Source of the DNA: Minisyncoccota bacterium
GTDB lineage: Bacteria; Patescibacteriota; Minisyncoccia; Phycocordibacterales; UBA1006
Assembly: GCA_022763365.1 (NCBI GenBank)
Contig: JALEGN010000007.1
Location: forward strand, 24,665 to 88,664
Length of the DNA: 64,000 nt
Reading direction: 5' to 3'
The first letter of the stretch is position 1. Every line of letters begins with the position of its first letter. A program made the translations under genes and the position numbers. This document shows, piece after piece, positions 8,781 to 19,900 of the stretch. The notes under the pieces are model-generated. The model saw only the letters and a list, made by a program, of their open reading frames with translations, was not told where the DNA came from and made no database searches.

Positions 8781-10688
8781 TTATCGAATAGTTGAATCAT
8801 TATCATCTAATACTTTTTCAATCTTTTTCATTTCAATAAGCACTTCTTCATCGGTAAGTGTTCTTGCGCTTGATTGAAATACTAATGAAAATCCATACGA
8901 TACGTCACCATCTTTTTCAAAGGTATCAAAGCAAAATACTTTTTGTAGCAAATCAGATGATGAGTCTTTAATTAATACTGATAGTTCTGACTTATCTAAT
9001 GATCCATGATGCCAAAACGAGATATCTCGAGTGACATATGGGTATGCTGAAAATTCATGGAAAACGGCATTTGTTCCGTAGCTTGCCCTAGAGAAAATAT
9101 CACCATACTCAGCTTTTGGACCTATGTTAACATCAGCAAGATTAAAGCTTACTGAGTTTTGTTCATAATGAACATCAAACTCGACACCAAAATAATCATA
9201 GAGTTCATGAATACAAGACTCTAAGGCAGCACGTTCAGTTCCATATTTTTTATTTGCTTTCTTGTCTTTGTTTGAAATAGCAATACAACAAATATTTTCT
9301 TCAGAATCTTTGGTATAAACACGCCCTATTTCAAACACACAGATTCTTTCTAAACCAAAATAATCAATATTCTTAGTGTTGTTTTCAAGAGCACCAAGTA
9401 CTCCCTGGTAAAGATTTTTTCGAAGAGCAGACTTATCATTTGCTAAGGCATTTTTAACATAACGATGTCCTTTTTTAACAAAACTATAGGTCTTAATTTC
9501 AGAGAATCCTCGCTCTGTTAAAAAGTTTTTGAGGGTATTTTCTATATAGGTTTCAGTATGAACCGCCGGAGTAAAAGAATACTCATCAAGATGTTTAATA
9601 GGAATATTATGGTATCCATAAATACGACCAATTTCTTCTATTAAATCTTCTGGTGCCAGAAGGTCTAATCTATCAAAAGGTATTGCTACATCATATATTC
9701 CATCTTTAGTAGTATATTGATAATCCAGTTTCGTAAAAATATTTTCAACCTCTAATGGTTCTAAATCAATTCCTAAGAGTGAACAAATATGAATATGCTC
9801 TACATTAACTCGGTGCTCTTCCTCTTTATTTGGATAAACGTCCACCACAACGCCAAGAGATTCAGTAGACATGATATCACTGATTAATCGTGATACTGCC
9901 TCCATAGCTTTAGGAGACAACTCTGAACTAATTTCATTTTCAAAACGTTTCGAAGAATCGGTTAAGATTTTTACTCGCCGTGAAGTTATTCTTGTTGTTG
10001 TTGGATTAAAATTTGCTACTTCAAGAATTATATTTTTAGTTTCTTGAGTAACCTCTGCAGCTTGGCTACCTTTAATGCCAGCTAAAGCAAGAATCTTTTC
10101 TTCATCAGCAATAACCAAATCTTCTTCTTGAAGTTCAATCTCTTCACCACTGAGAGTAATCATTTTTTCCCCTTGTTTTGCATTCCGCACCTGGATATCT
10201 CCTGAAACCTTATCAGCATCAAAAGCATGCATAGGATTTCCGTAATCAAACATCACATAATTTGTTGCATCAACAATGTTATTAATAGTTTTTTGACCAA
10301 TTGATTCTAAACGCTCTTTAAGCCAACTTGGTGAATCAGTAACCTCTACATTATTAATAACACGTGTCATGTAGCGTGAGCATTGATCAGGATTATTAAT
10401 ATGTGCATGTTTTGAACTATCACTGTATTGTATACTGCCGTGGTAATGATAGCGTTCTTTGATATATTCTTTTCCGGTCAAAGCAGCATATTCTCTTGCT
10501 ATTCCTCGATACGACAAACAATCATGTGCACGATTAGGAAGAACATCGATATCAATAATGACATCGTTATCTCTATATTCAATTGCTTCAAGCTCAAAAG
10601 AATGCAACATTAACGTTTCTGCAATTTCTTCTGCATTTGGTAATTCATCTTCAAAATAACTTTGAAGCCAATTTCGTGATACTAACAT
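8781..10688 (-). CDS. pheT: Phenylalanine--tRNA ligase beta subunit (lacks B2 OB-fold)
   Basis: PNRAHDCLSYRGIARE follows the N-terminus directly; INNIVDATNYVM; DLIEEIGRIYGY; C-terminal anticodon-binding domain. Confidence 0.95.
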   Translation of the reverse strand: MLVSRNWLQSYFEDELPNAEEIAETLMLHSFELEAIEYRDNDVIIDIDVLPNRAHDCLSYRGIAREYAALTGKEYIKERYHYHGSIQYSDSSKHAHINNPDQCSRYMTRVINNVEVTDSPSWLKERLESIGQKTINNIVDATNYVMFDYGNPMHAFDADKVSGDIQVRNAKQGEKMITLSGEEIELQEEDLVIADEEKILALAGIKGSQAAEVTQETKNIILEVANFNPTTTRITSRRVKILTDSSKRFENEISSELSPKAMEAVSRLISDIMSTESLGVVVDVYPNKEEEHRVNVEHIHICSLLGIDLEPLEVENIFTKLDYQYTTKDGIYDVAIPFDRLDLLAPEDLIEEIGRIYGYHNIPIKHLDEYSFTPAVHTETYIENTLKNFLTERGFSEIKTYSFVKKGHRYVKNALANDKSALRKNLYQGVLGALENNTKNIDYFGLERICVFEIGRVYTKDSEENICCIAISNKDKKANKKYGTERAALESCIHELYDYFGVEFDVHYEQNSVSFNLADVNIGPKAEYGDIFSRASYGTNAVFHEFSAYPYVTRDISFWHHGSLDKSELSVLIKDSSSDLLQKVFCFDTFEKDGDVSYGFSLVFQSSARTLTDEEVLIEMKKIEKVLDDNDSTIR

Positions 10689-10690
10689 AA

Positions 10691-11416
10691 TTACTTGTTA
10701 TCTTGATTATCTGAGTAAATAGCATCATGGAGTTTTAAATCTCCTTGATACATGAGGCGGATATCTTTAATACCGTATTTCATCATCGTTAATCTATCGA
10801 TACCAACTCCAAAGGCAAAGCCAGAATATTCTTCAGGATCAATACCAACATTCTTTAGTACATTTGGATGCACCATTCCAGCACCTAGAACTTCCATCCA
10901 TGTATCACCAAATTTTAAGTCAATTTCAATCCCCGGTTCAACAAAGGGAAAATATCCAGGTCTAAAACGAAATTCAATAGGACGTCCATAATATTTTTGT
11001 AGAAAAGTCTCAAGGGTTCCCTTTAGATGAGCCAATGAAATACCTTTTCCAACAACTAAACCTTCAACTTGATAAAATTGAGCCTCATGTGTTCTATCAG
11101 TTGCCTCTTGCCTGAATACTTTTCCTGGAGCGATAATTTTAAATGGAAATTCCTTGCCTGATTTTACAAACTCTTCCATAAAGCGAATTTGAACTGATGA
11201 GGTGTGCGTTCTCAAAACAGTATCTTCTTTTTTAAGAAAGAAAGTATCTTGCATATCACGTGCAGGATGATTTTTGGGAACGTTCAATGCGTCAAAATTA
11301 TGCCACTGATCTTCGATATGAGGGCCATCTGCAATTTCAAATCCCATATCAACAAAAATTTGAGATATGGTTCGAATGGTTTCTGAAAGTGGATGTAATT
11401 TTCCTTTAGTATTCAT
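10691..11416 (-). CDS. pheS: Phenylalanine--tRNA ligase alpha subunit (lacks N-terminal coiled coil)
   Basis: NFDALNVPKNHPARDMQDTF, YFPFVEP, GFAFGVGIDR. Confidence 0.95.
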   Translation of the reverse strand: MNTKGKLHPLSETIRTISQIFVDMGFEIADGPHIEDQWHNFDALNVPKNHPARDMQDTFFLKKEDTVLRTHTSSVQIRFMEEFVKSGKEFPFKIIAPGKVFRQEATDRTHEAQFYQVEGLVVGKGISLAHLKGTLETFLQKYYGRPIEFRFRPGYFPFVEPGIEIDLKFGDTWMEVLGAGMVHPNVLKNVGIDPEEYSGFAFGVGIDRLTMMKYGIKDIRLMYQGDLKLHDAIYSDNQDNK

Positions 11417-11510
11417 AGGAATAAGTGTACCTCAAATGAATTCTTTGTTAAGAAAGTTGACATAAACTAATAATTATGATATTAATTTATAGAATAAAAA
11501 TACTGTAATT

Positions 11511-11726
11511 ATGACAACTTCACAACTTAAAACCCTTGGACACACCGGAATTATTATTCTTTTGATAACACTTACACTTATCGCAGCTGCATCTGTTTCA
11601 ATTGGAGATATCTGGTCAGCCGAAATATTTATGATAACCATGTTGATTCTTGATTTCTGGTATTTCACGAAATACAAAGAAAAAGTGAGAAAAATACTGA
11701 TGGCTGTTGATAAAGTCTTTGGCTAA
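11511..11726 (+). CDS. Small 2-TM hypothetical protein
   Basis: Hydrophobic ORF with upstream TTGACA and downstream hairpin terminator. Confidence 0.55.
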   Translation: MTTSQLKTLGHTGIIILLITLTLIAAASVSIGDIWSAEIFMITMLILDFWYFTKYKEKVRKILMAVDKVFG

Positions 11727-11765
11727 TCACAATTAAATAAAAACACCCTTTATCAAAGGGGTTTT

Positions 11766-13205
11766 TTATTTCAACATTTCTGTAAAAATCTCTGTAAGTA
11801 TTTTAGGGTTTCCTGAACCTTTTGTTTCTTTCATAGCCATTCCAACAAAGAATTTCATCAAGGTATCCTTACCAGCAATGAATTCTTTTACTTGTTCTGG
11901 ATGTTCAGCAATAATTTTTTGAACGACAGCTTTCATAGCTTCTGGATCATTATCTTGTTTTAACCCAAGTTTTTCAGCTAATTCCTCTGGTCCTTTTTTC
12001 AAAACAATCATTTTGAAAAGAATATCTTTAGCTCCACGTGAACCTAAGGTTCCATCGCTCACCATAGTAATCAATTTTGCAAAATCTTCTGAACTCAATT
12101 CATCCCATACGTTTTTTGTATAATTCTCAAATTCTTTTGATTTCATAATTCCTACAATATCTGAAGTGATGTAGTTAGAGGCTGTTTGGAGTAGCTCCTC
12201 TTCCTCATCTTTAAGATAGAAGGCGGTGTTTTCAAAGAAATACGCCATCCATGGAGTATGAATATAAACCTCAATATCTTGATCTTTAATACCATATTCC
12301 TTTTTCAATCGTTTACGTTTTGCATCTGGAAGCTCTGGTAACGATTCCTTCATCTGCTCTAGGTCAAAAATTTCATGCAAATAGAGTTTTGGTAAATCTG
12401 GCTCTGGAAAATAACGATAATCTTTAGCATTTTCTTTTGAGCGTTGTGAGAAGGTAATTTCTTTTTGATCATCCCAGCCACGAGTTTCTTGAACAAGCTC
12501 TTCCCCATTTTCAAGTGCTTCAATTTGCCTTTTAATTTCAAATTCAGTAGCTTTTCCAGCTGCTGAAATTGATCCTATATTTTTCACTTCGACTTTAGTT
12601 CCTAATTCTTTTGTTTTAGAAACTGATAAGTTTACCTCAACACGCATTTCTCCTTTTTCGATATTTGCATCCCCTGCCTCAAGATAACGAAGGAGTAATT
12701 GTAACTCACGAGCAAACTTCATAACATCATCTGAACTATGTAGAACCGGTTCGGTTACCAATTCCATCAGTGGTGCTCCAGCTCGGTTGTAATCAACTAG
12801 TGAATGATCATCAAAGTGTTTTGATGTAGCAGTATCTTCTTCAAGGTGGATACGGGTTAGCTCAAATCCTGCTAGTTTACCACCAGAGACAATAGGATAT
12901 TTATATTGAGAAATTTGATATCCTTTTGGAATATCAGGATAGAAATAATTCTTTCGATCAAACTCAGTGAAATTTGCGATATCACCATCAACTGCAAGCC
13001 CAATGCGAACCATATGTTCAACCGCCTTTTTATTTATCGTTGGCAAGGTTCCAGGATGAGCCATATCAATAGGAGAAATATTTTGATTTTGACCAGCATG
13101 ATGAGGGTCATTTAAAGACCGTGAAAACATTTTTGTTGTCGTTTTCAAATGAGCATGTATTTCTAGTCCAATCGTAGCCGTGTAGCCTTTCATATCTATA
13201 TTCAT
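11766..13205 (-). CDS. gatB: Asp/Glu-tRNA amidotransferase subunit B
   Basis: IGLEIHAHL, RKNYFYPDIPKGYQISQ, RIHLEED, DYRYFPEPDLP; start reassigned. Confidence 0.97.
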   Translation of the reverse strand: MNIDMKGYTATIGLEIHAHLKTTTKMFSRSLNDPHHAGQNQNISPIDMAHPGTLPTINKKAVEHMVRIGLAVDGDIANFTEFDRKNYFYPDIPKGYQISQYKYPIVSGGKLAGFELTRIHLEEDTATSKHFDDHSLVDYNRAGAPLMELVTEPVLHSSDDVMKFARELQLLLRYLEAGDANIEKGEMRVEVNLSVSKTKELGTKVEVKNIGSISAAGKATEFEIKRQIEALENGEELVQETRGWDDQKEITFSQRSKENAKDYRYFPEPDLPKLYLHEIFDLEQMKESLPELPDAKRKRLKKEYGIKDQDIEVYIHTPWMAYFFENTAFYLKDEEEELLQTASNYITSDIVGIMKSKEFENYTKNVWDELSSEDFAKLITMVSDGTLGSRGAKDILFKMIVLKKGPEELAEKLGLKQDNDPEAMKAVVQKIIAEHPEQVKEFIAGKDTLMKFFVGMAMKETKGSGNPKILTEIFTEMLK

Positions 13206-13299
13206 ACTTTTGATTCTATAGTAAGAATCAGCTAAACTCAATCATTTGACATATCATCAAAGAATAGTAATTTTATATATGAATATAAAATGTATATAC

Positions 13300-13605
13300 A
13301 TGACAACTAGATTACATCATCAAATTTTATTTAAAGAAAAGTCTAATGGACTTGTAACTTTGTATGTATTCCCTATCGGTACCAAAAAAAATCTTATAAA
13401 AGAAGTTATTGAAGGAAGCCTTAATGACTACACCCACGAACAAAAATGTATCTCAGAGGTATTACTCCAAGAGCAGCACAAAAATATTCGTGATAAATCA
13501 GGAGTAGTAGCAAGTGGTGGAAAAAACCCTTATCGTTTAATCAATAATCTGCTACCAAAAGAATTTAACGCTATCCTTGAAGGTAAAAAAATTAAACGAG
13601 ATTAA
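13300..13605 (+). CDS. Hypothetical protein
   Basis: ORF downstream of TTGACA; start uncertain. Confidence 0.5.
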   Translation: MTTRLHHQILFKEKSNGLVTLYVFPIGTKKNLIKEVIEGSLNDYTHEQKCISEVLLQEQHKNIRDKSGVVASGGKNPYRLINNLLPKEFNAILEGKKIKRD

Positions 13606-13629
13606 AAATCCCATATCAAAAAACCAAGG

Positions 13630-14625
13630 CTATTCTTGGTTTTCTTTTTTTTCTGACTCTAGATATTGAGTAAGAATATCTTTGAATGATTTGATACTAT
13701 CTTCATCATAAGCCGTCATAGTGTAGACCATATCGTGCCCTACATAGTCTTTGAATTGTTTGAGGACCTTATCTATTTCAGTAGCATCAACCATATCATT
13801 TTTAGAGAGTAAGATGATTTCACTTTTGATATCGAGCCCTTCTCCATATTCTTCAATTTCTTTTCGAATAGTTTTGTAATCTTCTAGAGGATGCTCTGAA
13901 TCCAAGCCTACTAAATGAACGAGTGCTTTTGTCCTTCTGATATGACGCAGGAATTTATGCCCAAGACCTTTTCCAGCTGATGCTCCTTCAATGATTCCAG
14001 GAATATCAGCAAGAACATATCCATGCATTGCTCCTAGATGTGGATCAAGGGTTGTAAAATGGTAGGCACCAACTTTTGATTTTGCATTCGTTAGAGCATT
14101 TAAGAGTGTTGATTTCCCTGCACTTGGTAAGCCAATAAATCCAACATCAGCAAAAAGTCTCAATTCAACATCAAAGGTTGCTTCCTCACCAGGTGTTCCT
14201 GGTGTCCATTCCATTGGTGTGGTGTTGGTTGAAGATTTAAAATGTTCATTACCAAGTCCTCCACGACCACCTTTTAAGATACAAGTACGTTCACCAATAT
14301 CACCTAATTCAAATTCTTGGCCAGTTTCAAGATTTTTAAGAACCGTTCCACGTGGAAATTTAAGGGTCAAATCTGAACCATTTTTTCCTTCTTTACCATT
14401 GTTTCCACCTGGATCACCATGTTCAGCTTTAAACTTCTTAGACCGAGTGTAGTAATCAAGGTAAGCTAAATCAGCAACAACCTCAGCATAGACGTCACCA
14501 CCGTCACCACCGTCACCACCTCCTGGTCCGTTTAAAGGTCTATATTTTTCTCTTCGCCAACGTACAACTCCATCACCTCCGTTTCCAGCGCTAATCTGTA
14601 ATTGGACTTCGTCAATAAATGCCAT
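13630..14625 (-). CDS. obgE: GTPase ObgE/CgtA
   Basis: Gly-rich Obg fold, GLPSAGKST, YHFTTL, DIPG. Confidence 0.97.
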   Translation of the reverse strand: MAFIDEVQLQISAGNGGDGVVRWRREKYRPLNGPGGGDGGDGGDVYAEVVADLAYLDYYTRSKKFKAEHGDPGGNNGKEGKNGSDLTLKFPRGTVLKNLETGQEFELGDIGERTCILKGGRGGLGNEHFKSSTNTTPMEWTPGTPGEEATFDVELRLFADVGFIGLPSAGKSTLLNALTNAKSKVGAYHFTTLDPHLGAMHGYVLADIPGIIEGASAGKGLGHKFLRHIRRTKALVHLVGLDSEHPLEDYKTIRKEIEEYGEGLDIKSEIILLSKNDMVDATEIDKVLKQFKDYVGHDMVYTMTAYDEDSIKSFKDILTQYLESEKKENQE

Positions 14626-14681
14626 AATAATACTAGTGTATGGTGAGCTGATAATTTTGCAAGAAAAAACACCTTTCGGTG

Positions 14682-15605
14682 TTATTCTGCATCAAGTGCT
14701 AATTTAGCAAGCTTATGAGCTCCTTCTTTAGATGCAGCGACCGCCATCCATAAAGCGTTGTGACAAAATAGAGCGTCCTCTACACCAGTCTCTTGAGCTA
14801 ATTCCTTGCCCCGTTTTCCTCCCCAGCTCGTTGGTAGCGATTTTCTATTTTCAAAAGAGCAGGCTTCTTTTCGCATCGCGAGTGCTTTCCAGTTTGTATT
14901 ACTTTTACACACAATAAACATAACCTCTTTATGTTTATCTAAGACCCTAATAAGTGACCCAACCGTTACATGGTATGGAATTTCAAGAATTGTTTTATCC
15001 TCTGCCGTATCATAGATATCTTGTATCATCGTCAACATTTCAAGCCGGTGACCTGATCGCTCAATCTCACGTTTAAGAATATTCTTAAAAAAATGAACAA
15101 GTGAAATAAATTTTTCTAACTGACATTTGGTATTACCTGCTTCTTTCCAGGTATTTTGGTAGGCTCCGATAATTCCATAAATACCATAATCACACAGACC
15201 ACTTTCAGTTGGTTCACTGATACTAATACCATTATCGATAGCATCAATTGGTTGAGCAATACGACGATCTATATCTGTGAAAATATCATTATCATTAACC
15301 AATAAGGGTCCAAATTTTTTCCAAACTAGACCAAATGAAGCGTAAGGGATTCCATTATCTCGCTTACCTGCACCACCTGGTTGATGGTGATCAAAACGAT
15401 TGTCTTCTGGATTATCAATCCCACCTACATCAACAACATAATCAGCTTTATTTATAATAACCTCATCACGTGTTCGTATAATTTTATATCCTAAACCTTG
15501 TTTCTCAAGATAGAGTCCTAAAACAGCGCAGGCAAATATATCATCTGCGTGAAAAGAACCATTATGAACAACAATGGTTTTTTTTCTTTGTAAAAACTTA
15601 AACAT
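14682..15605 (-). CDS. MYG1 family (DHH-type) exonuclease
   Basis: HNGSFHADD, VDVGG, RFDHHQ, DAIDNG, FCH. Confidence 0.9.
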   Translation of the reverse strand: MFKFLQRKKTIVVHNGSFHADDIFACAVLGLYLEKQGLGYKIIRTRDEVIINKADYVVDVGGIDNPEDNRFDHHQPGGAGKRDNGIPYASFGLVWKKFGPLLVNDNDIFTDIDRRIAQPIDAIDNGISISEPTESGLCDYGIYGIIGAYQNTWKEAGNTKCQLEKFISLVHFFKNILKREIERSGHRLEMLTMIQDIYDTAEDKTILEIPYHVTVGSLIRVLDKHKEVMFIVCKSNTNWKALAMRKEACSFENRKSLPTSWGGKRGKELAQETGVEDALFCHNALWMAVAASKEGAHKLAKLALDAE

Positions 15606-15659
15606 ACCTCCAGTATAGCCTCAAATAAAAATACAATCAAAAAAGCACATAATCATGTA

Positions 15660-16277
15660 CTATTTTTCTGCAATCCAATAATCTGGAATTTCTGGGCAAG
15701 GACCTTCTCCACCTGATTGATCTTGCTCACACCAGTCATAGAGTGAATCATTAAGAAAGACTTCAACTCGATGTATAGAATCAAACTGTAATGCCGCACG
15801 GATTATTTGTTCACGTACCTCAGGTAAGGAGCAATGACCAGGTCCATAGAGACTACCTGTTAAATACACGTAGCCAATACCATCATTTAATTCAATCCTA
15901 TCGAAGTTTAATTGTGTATAGAACCCAAGAGGATTTCTTAATTCTTCATCTGGAAATTCAGATTCCGCCTTTATATCAAAAAGGAGTTTAAAAGTTGACG
16001 TGATTGGATTATTTGAATATGACAATACATGAGGACTCATAACAATTTCTGCACCGCAACCAAATTCCTCACCGTTTTGAACTAATGGTAAATACAGCCG
16101 CTCGAAACTAATTCCTTCTTCAATAAGACTTCCGTCACAAAATTCTCCTATACAGAAAAATTTTGTTGGTTTTCGTTCTTGAGAGTGAAAAATAATTAAT
16201 TCATGAATTGCCAAGACAACTGAAACTGCTGCAATAATACCAAGAAAAATAATAGCAATTTTCTTTTTCATAACCAT
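15660..16277 (-). CDS. Membrane-anchored GerMN-like domain protein
   Basis: N-terminal TM; G.C....REQI..AALQFDSIHRVEVFLN pattern. Confidence 0.6.
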   Translation of the reverse strand: MVMKKKIAIIFLGIIAAVSVVLAIHELIIFHSQERKPTKFFCIGEFCDGSLIEEGISFERLYLPLVQNGEEFGCGAEIVMSPHVLSYSNNPITSTFKLLFDIKAESEFPDEELRNPLGFYTQLNFDRIELNDGIGYVYLTGSLYGPGHCSLPEVREQIIRAALQFDSIHRVEVFLNDSLYDWCEQDQSGGEGPCPEIPDYWIAEK

Positions 16278-16309
16278 AAGTATATCAAAAAACAGAGATT
16301 ATATCTCTG

Positions 16310-16849
16310 TTATTTAACGAAGAAAATATGAATCGGTTTAATAATATTTGCGGTAATATTTTTAAACTGAAGAATACTCAAACAGGTTTTTTCACTATAA
16401 TTCTCAGGTTGTATTACAAGATATGATGCTTCAGGTTGATTAGAAACAGTTAATACATCAAGATCTCCTTGATTTTTAATATCATCTTGAAGTTGATCAG
16501 AAGATGCATCCCCTTTATAGCTACACGCGTCAAACTTATCAGCTATATTATTTAAATAAAACATTCCAACAACAAAAGGTTTCTTCATCGCATCTACAAT
16601 TCCTGAAGAACTTGATGATGAGTTAGTTGCTGCTCGAGAATTTTTTGCTGCTTCATTTGAAGCTTGGTTTGAGAATGATTCTGTTAATGGGGTATCTAAA
16701 ACATATTCTTCTCCATCAATAACTTCTCGATATTCTTTTTCTTCCGTTGGTTCCCAATAATCGTTATATGAACTATTATTAAACCAATAAATTCCTGTAC
16801 CAATAAGAAGTACTCCCGCAAGAGCCGTAGCAATATAATTCCATTTCAT
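16310..16849 (-). CDS. Hypothetical membrane-anchored protein
   Basis: N-terminal TM, Ser-rich linker; start reassigned to MKWNY. Confidence 0.55.
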   Translation of the reverse strand: MKWNYIATALAGVLLIGTGIYWFNNSSYNDYWEPTEEKEYREVIDGEEYVLDTPLTESFSNQASNEAAKNSRAATNSSSSSSGIVDAMKKPFVVGMFYLNNIADKFDACSYKGDASSDQLQDDIKNQGDLDVLTVSNQPEASYLVIQPENYSEKTCLSILQFKNITANIIKPIHIFFVK

Positions 16850-16926
16850 ATATTTAAAATATACAATTAATTTAAGAAATTTCAATAAAAAAACAACTTA
16901 GACAAGTTGTTTTTTTATTGGTCAAA

Positions 16927-19900
16927 TTACCCAACAACAAGGTTAATAATCTTTCCAGGAACATGAATAAATTTTCTAATACTTTTCCCTTCTATCCATT
17001 TTTGTATTTCAGGCAATGCAATAACACGACCTTGGAGTAATTCATTATCTTCATCTTCTTGAACAACAATCTGTGCTCGAACTTTTCCATTAATTTGAAC
17101 TGGAAGAGCCTTTAGATTTGATGAAATTTTTGATTCATCTGCTATTGGAAAAGATTCTGTATGAATTGATGACTTATTATTTTGCATCCATAGATCCTCA
17201 CACATATGTGGTGCAAATGGAGCAAGAATTTGAATTAATAGGTCATAATCTGACCGGGAAATACTCTCAGATTTTTCAGCCTTGTTAACAAAGGTCATCA
17301 TTGATGAAATAGCTGTATTGAGTTTCAGTCGTTGGATATCTTCACCTACTTTCTTAATTGTTTGATGAAGATCTGACTGTAATTCTTCTGGTGTTATATC
17401 GCTAATCTTTTCCTGTAGTCGCCAAACGCGGTCCAAAAATCGACGGACTCCAACAACACCATTTGGATCCCATGGATAATTCCCTGGTTCGTTAAATGGA
17501 CCAATAAAGGCTAGGTACATTCGGACTGTGTCAGCTCCTACGTGCGCTACTACTTCGTCAGGATCAATCACATTTCCTTTTGATTTCGACATCTTTGCTC
17601 CATCTGGACCAAGGATAAGCCCACGATTTAATCGGCCCTTATAAGGTTCATTATCTGGTACATAGCCGAGTTTATGTAATGCCTTTACCCAAAAACGTGA
17701 ATACAAGAGGTGCATGGTGGTATGTTCTGCCCCACCAAAATACATATTAACCGGCATCCATGAATTTAATGATTCACTAGATGCAAATTGTTCATCATTT
17801 TGATTATCAAGATAACGATAGAAATACCATGATGAATCAACAAAGGTATCCATGGTATCTACCTCAGGAGTCCAACCCACGCCAAATATTTTTTCAGTTC
17901 GTTCTTTTAATTCTTTTGATCGAGCTAAAGGTGCCGTTCCATCAGGAGTAAAATCAACATCATCAGGTAATACCCATGGTAAATGTTCTTTTGGAATTGA
18001 ATGTGCATTTCCTTCTGGATCATACACAATTGGAATTGGGCAACCCCAATATCGTTGACGTGAAATTCCCCAATCACGTAAGCGATAGGTTTTAGCCATT
18101 TCACCTCCCACCATTTCAGTAATTATTCTTCGAGCTTCTTCAGAGTTTTTAGTATTTACCTCTTCGTTTCCATTAATAACCTTTCCTTCAAAAGTACAGC
18201 AAAATCGTTTCCCTTCAGGTAATACTCCACCTTGATCGTGGACTTCAGCTAAGAAATCATACATAGCATTCCATTCTGCATTAATCTCTTCCTGACTACC
18301 CTTTTTCTCAGTAACTCCAGCTGATTGAATAAAAGCATTCTCTCCTGAGGTTATAAGTGGTCTTGAGACCCCAGGTTCACCAGCCGATGGCAGACAAACA
18401 AATTTAAATGGTAAATCATATTTAATAGCAAATTCAGCATCCCGCTCATCATGTGCTGGAACTGCCATAACGGCTCCGGTTCCAAAATGTGCTAATACAT
18501 AATCTGCAATCCATACTGTAATAGGTTTTCCTGTTGCGGGATTAATTGCCTCGATACCCTTCAGCTCTACACCAGTTTTTTCTTTTGACTGTTGCCTGTC
18601 GAGATCTGATTTTTTCTCAACTTCTTTTAAATATGTTTCAACCTCATCCCAATTGTTAACTTGAGATTTTAAATTCTGAACCATGTCGTGCTCTGGAGCG
18701 AGAACAAGGTAGGTCGCACCAAATAAAGTATCTGCTCGAGTGGTAAACACTTTTACATCATCAAATTTTTGTATGTTAGCAGAGACAACTCGCCACGGAT
18801 AGCGCATATCCTCACGTTTTAGGAAGTCATTAACCTCAAGTCGTGGGATCCATAAAAAGTCTGCGATAGCTTGTTCTTCAGGGCTTCGTGCTACTTGTTC
18901 TAGGTCTTTTAGTTTTACATGCACAATTCGATAATTTGCGCGTCTGTTTTGTTGTTTAACAACATGCCAAAATAGTCCGTGTGATGATTGGTCATAAACT
19001 TTTATAATTTCTGGATTCTGATATCCGGTTTCCTCTCGAACTTCAGAGAGTGCTGTTTCTTCAATACTCATACCATCCTCAATTCCTCCGGTTACGAATC
19101 CTTGCCAATCTACCTGTTTCCATCTAGCACATAAGAATTCATCTTTTTCAGGATGCTCAATAATAACGACAACGTTATCTCGATCAACAATTTCTTCGCC
19201 TTCACGAAAGGCATCATCACCTGGACCAGTATTAACATCATAGACCTCTGATTCTTGAATCTTAAACGGAATTAATGAACCTTCTTTACGTCCGATCCAT
19301 TCACGTTGAGCGGCCTTAATTGAATGATCCCAATCTAGGTTTTCTAAATCATCATGGAGTTCATCAGCAAAATCAGTAATCTTGAGCATCCATTGCGCCA
19401 TATCTTTTTGTACTACCTCTGCTCCTGATCGCTCTGATCGCCCATTAATGACTTGTTCATTAGCTAGAATTGTTTTATCAACCGGATCCCAGTTTACCTT
19501 TGTAATATCTTTATAAACTAAGTCATTTTTATAAAACTTGATAAACATCCATTGAGTCCATTTGTAGTATTCAGGATCAGATGTCGCCAGCGTCCGCGAC
19601 CAATCAAAACTTGCCCCCATAGAACGTAATTGATTACGCATATAATCCATATTTTCATAGGTCCATTTTCGTGGATCAAGACCTCGCTTAATAGCTGCAT
19701 TTTCAGCAGGTAAACCAAAAGAATCAAAGCCCATTGGATACAGAACATTATATCCACTCATTCGCTTATACCGAGCGTAAATATCAGGTACTGCAAAAGC
19801 ATACCAATGCCCAACATGCAGGTTACCTGACGGGTAGGCAAATTCTGAAAGAGCATAGAAGTTTTCTTTTCCCTCTACCTTATTTTCTACTTTATAAGTA

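Noticed and set aside
8781-11416. Truncated PheS/PheT (and RF1/RF2) as pseudogenes or novelty
   Set aside because: Catalytic motifs intact; shortened forms are expected in streamlined CPR genomes
14494-14520. Tandem 9-nt repeat CGTCACCAC in obgE
   Set aside because: Encodes the conserved GGDGGDGG glycine-rich Obg motif
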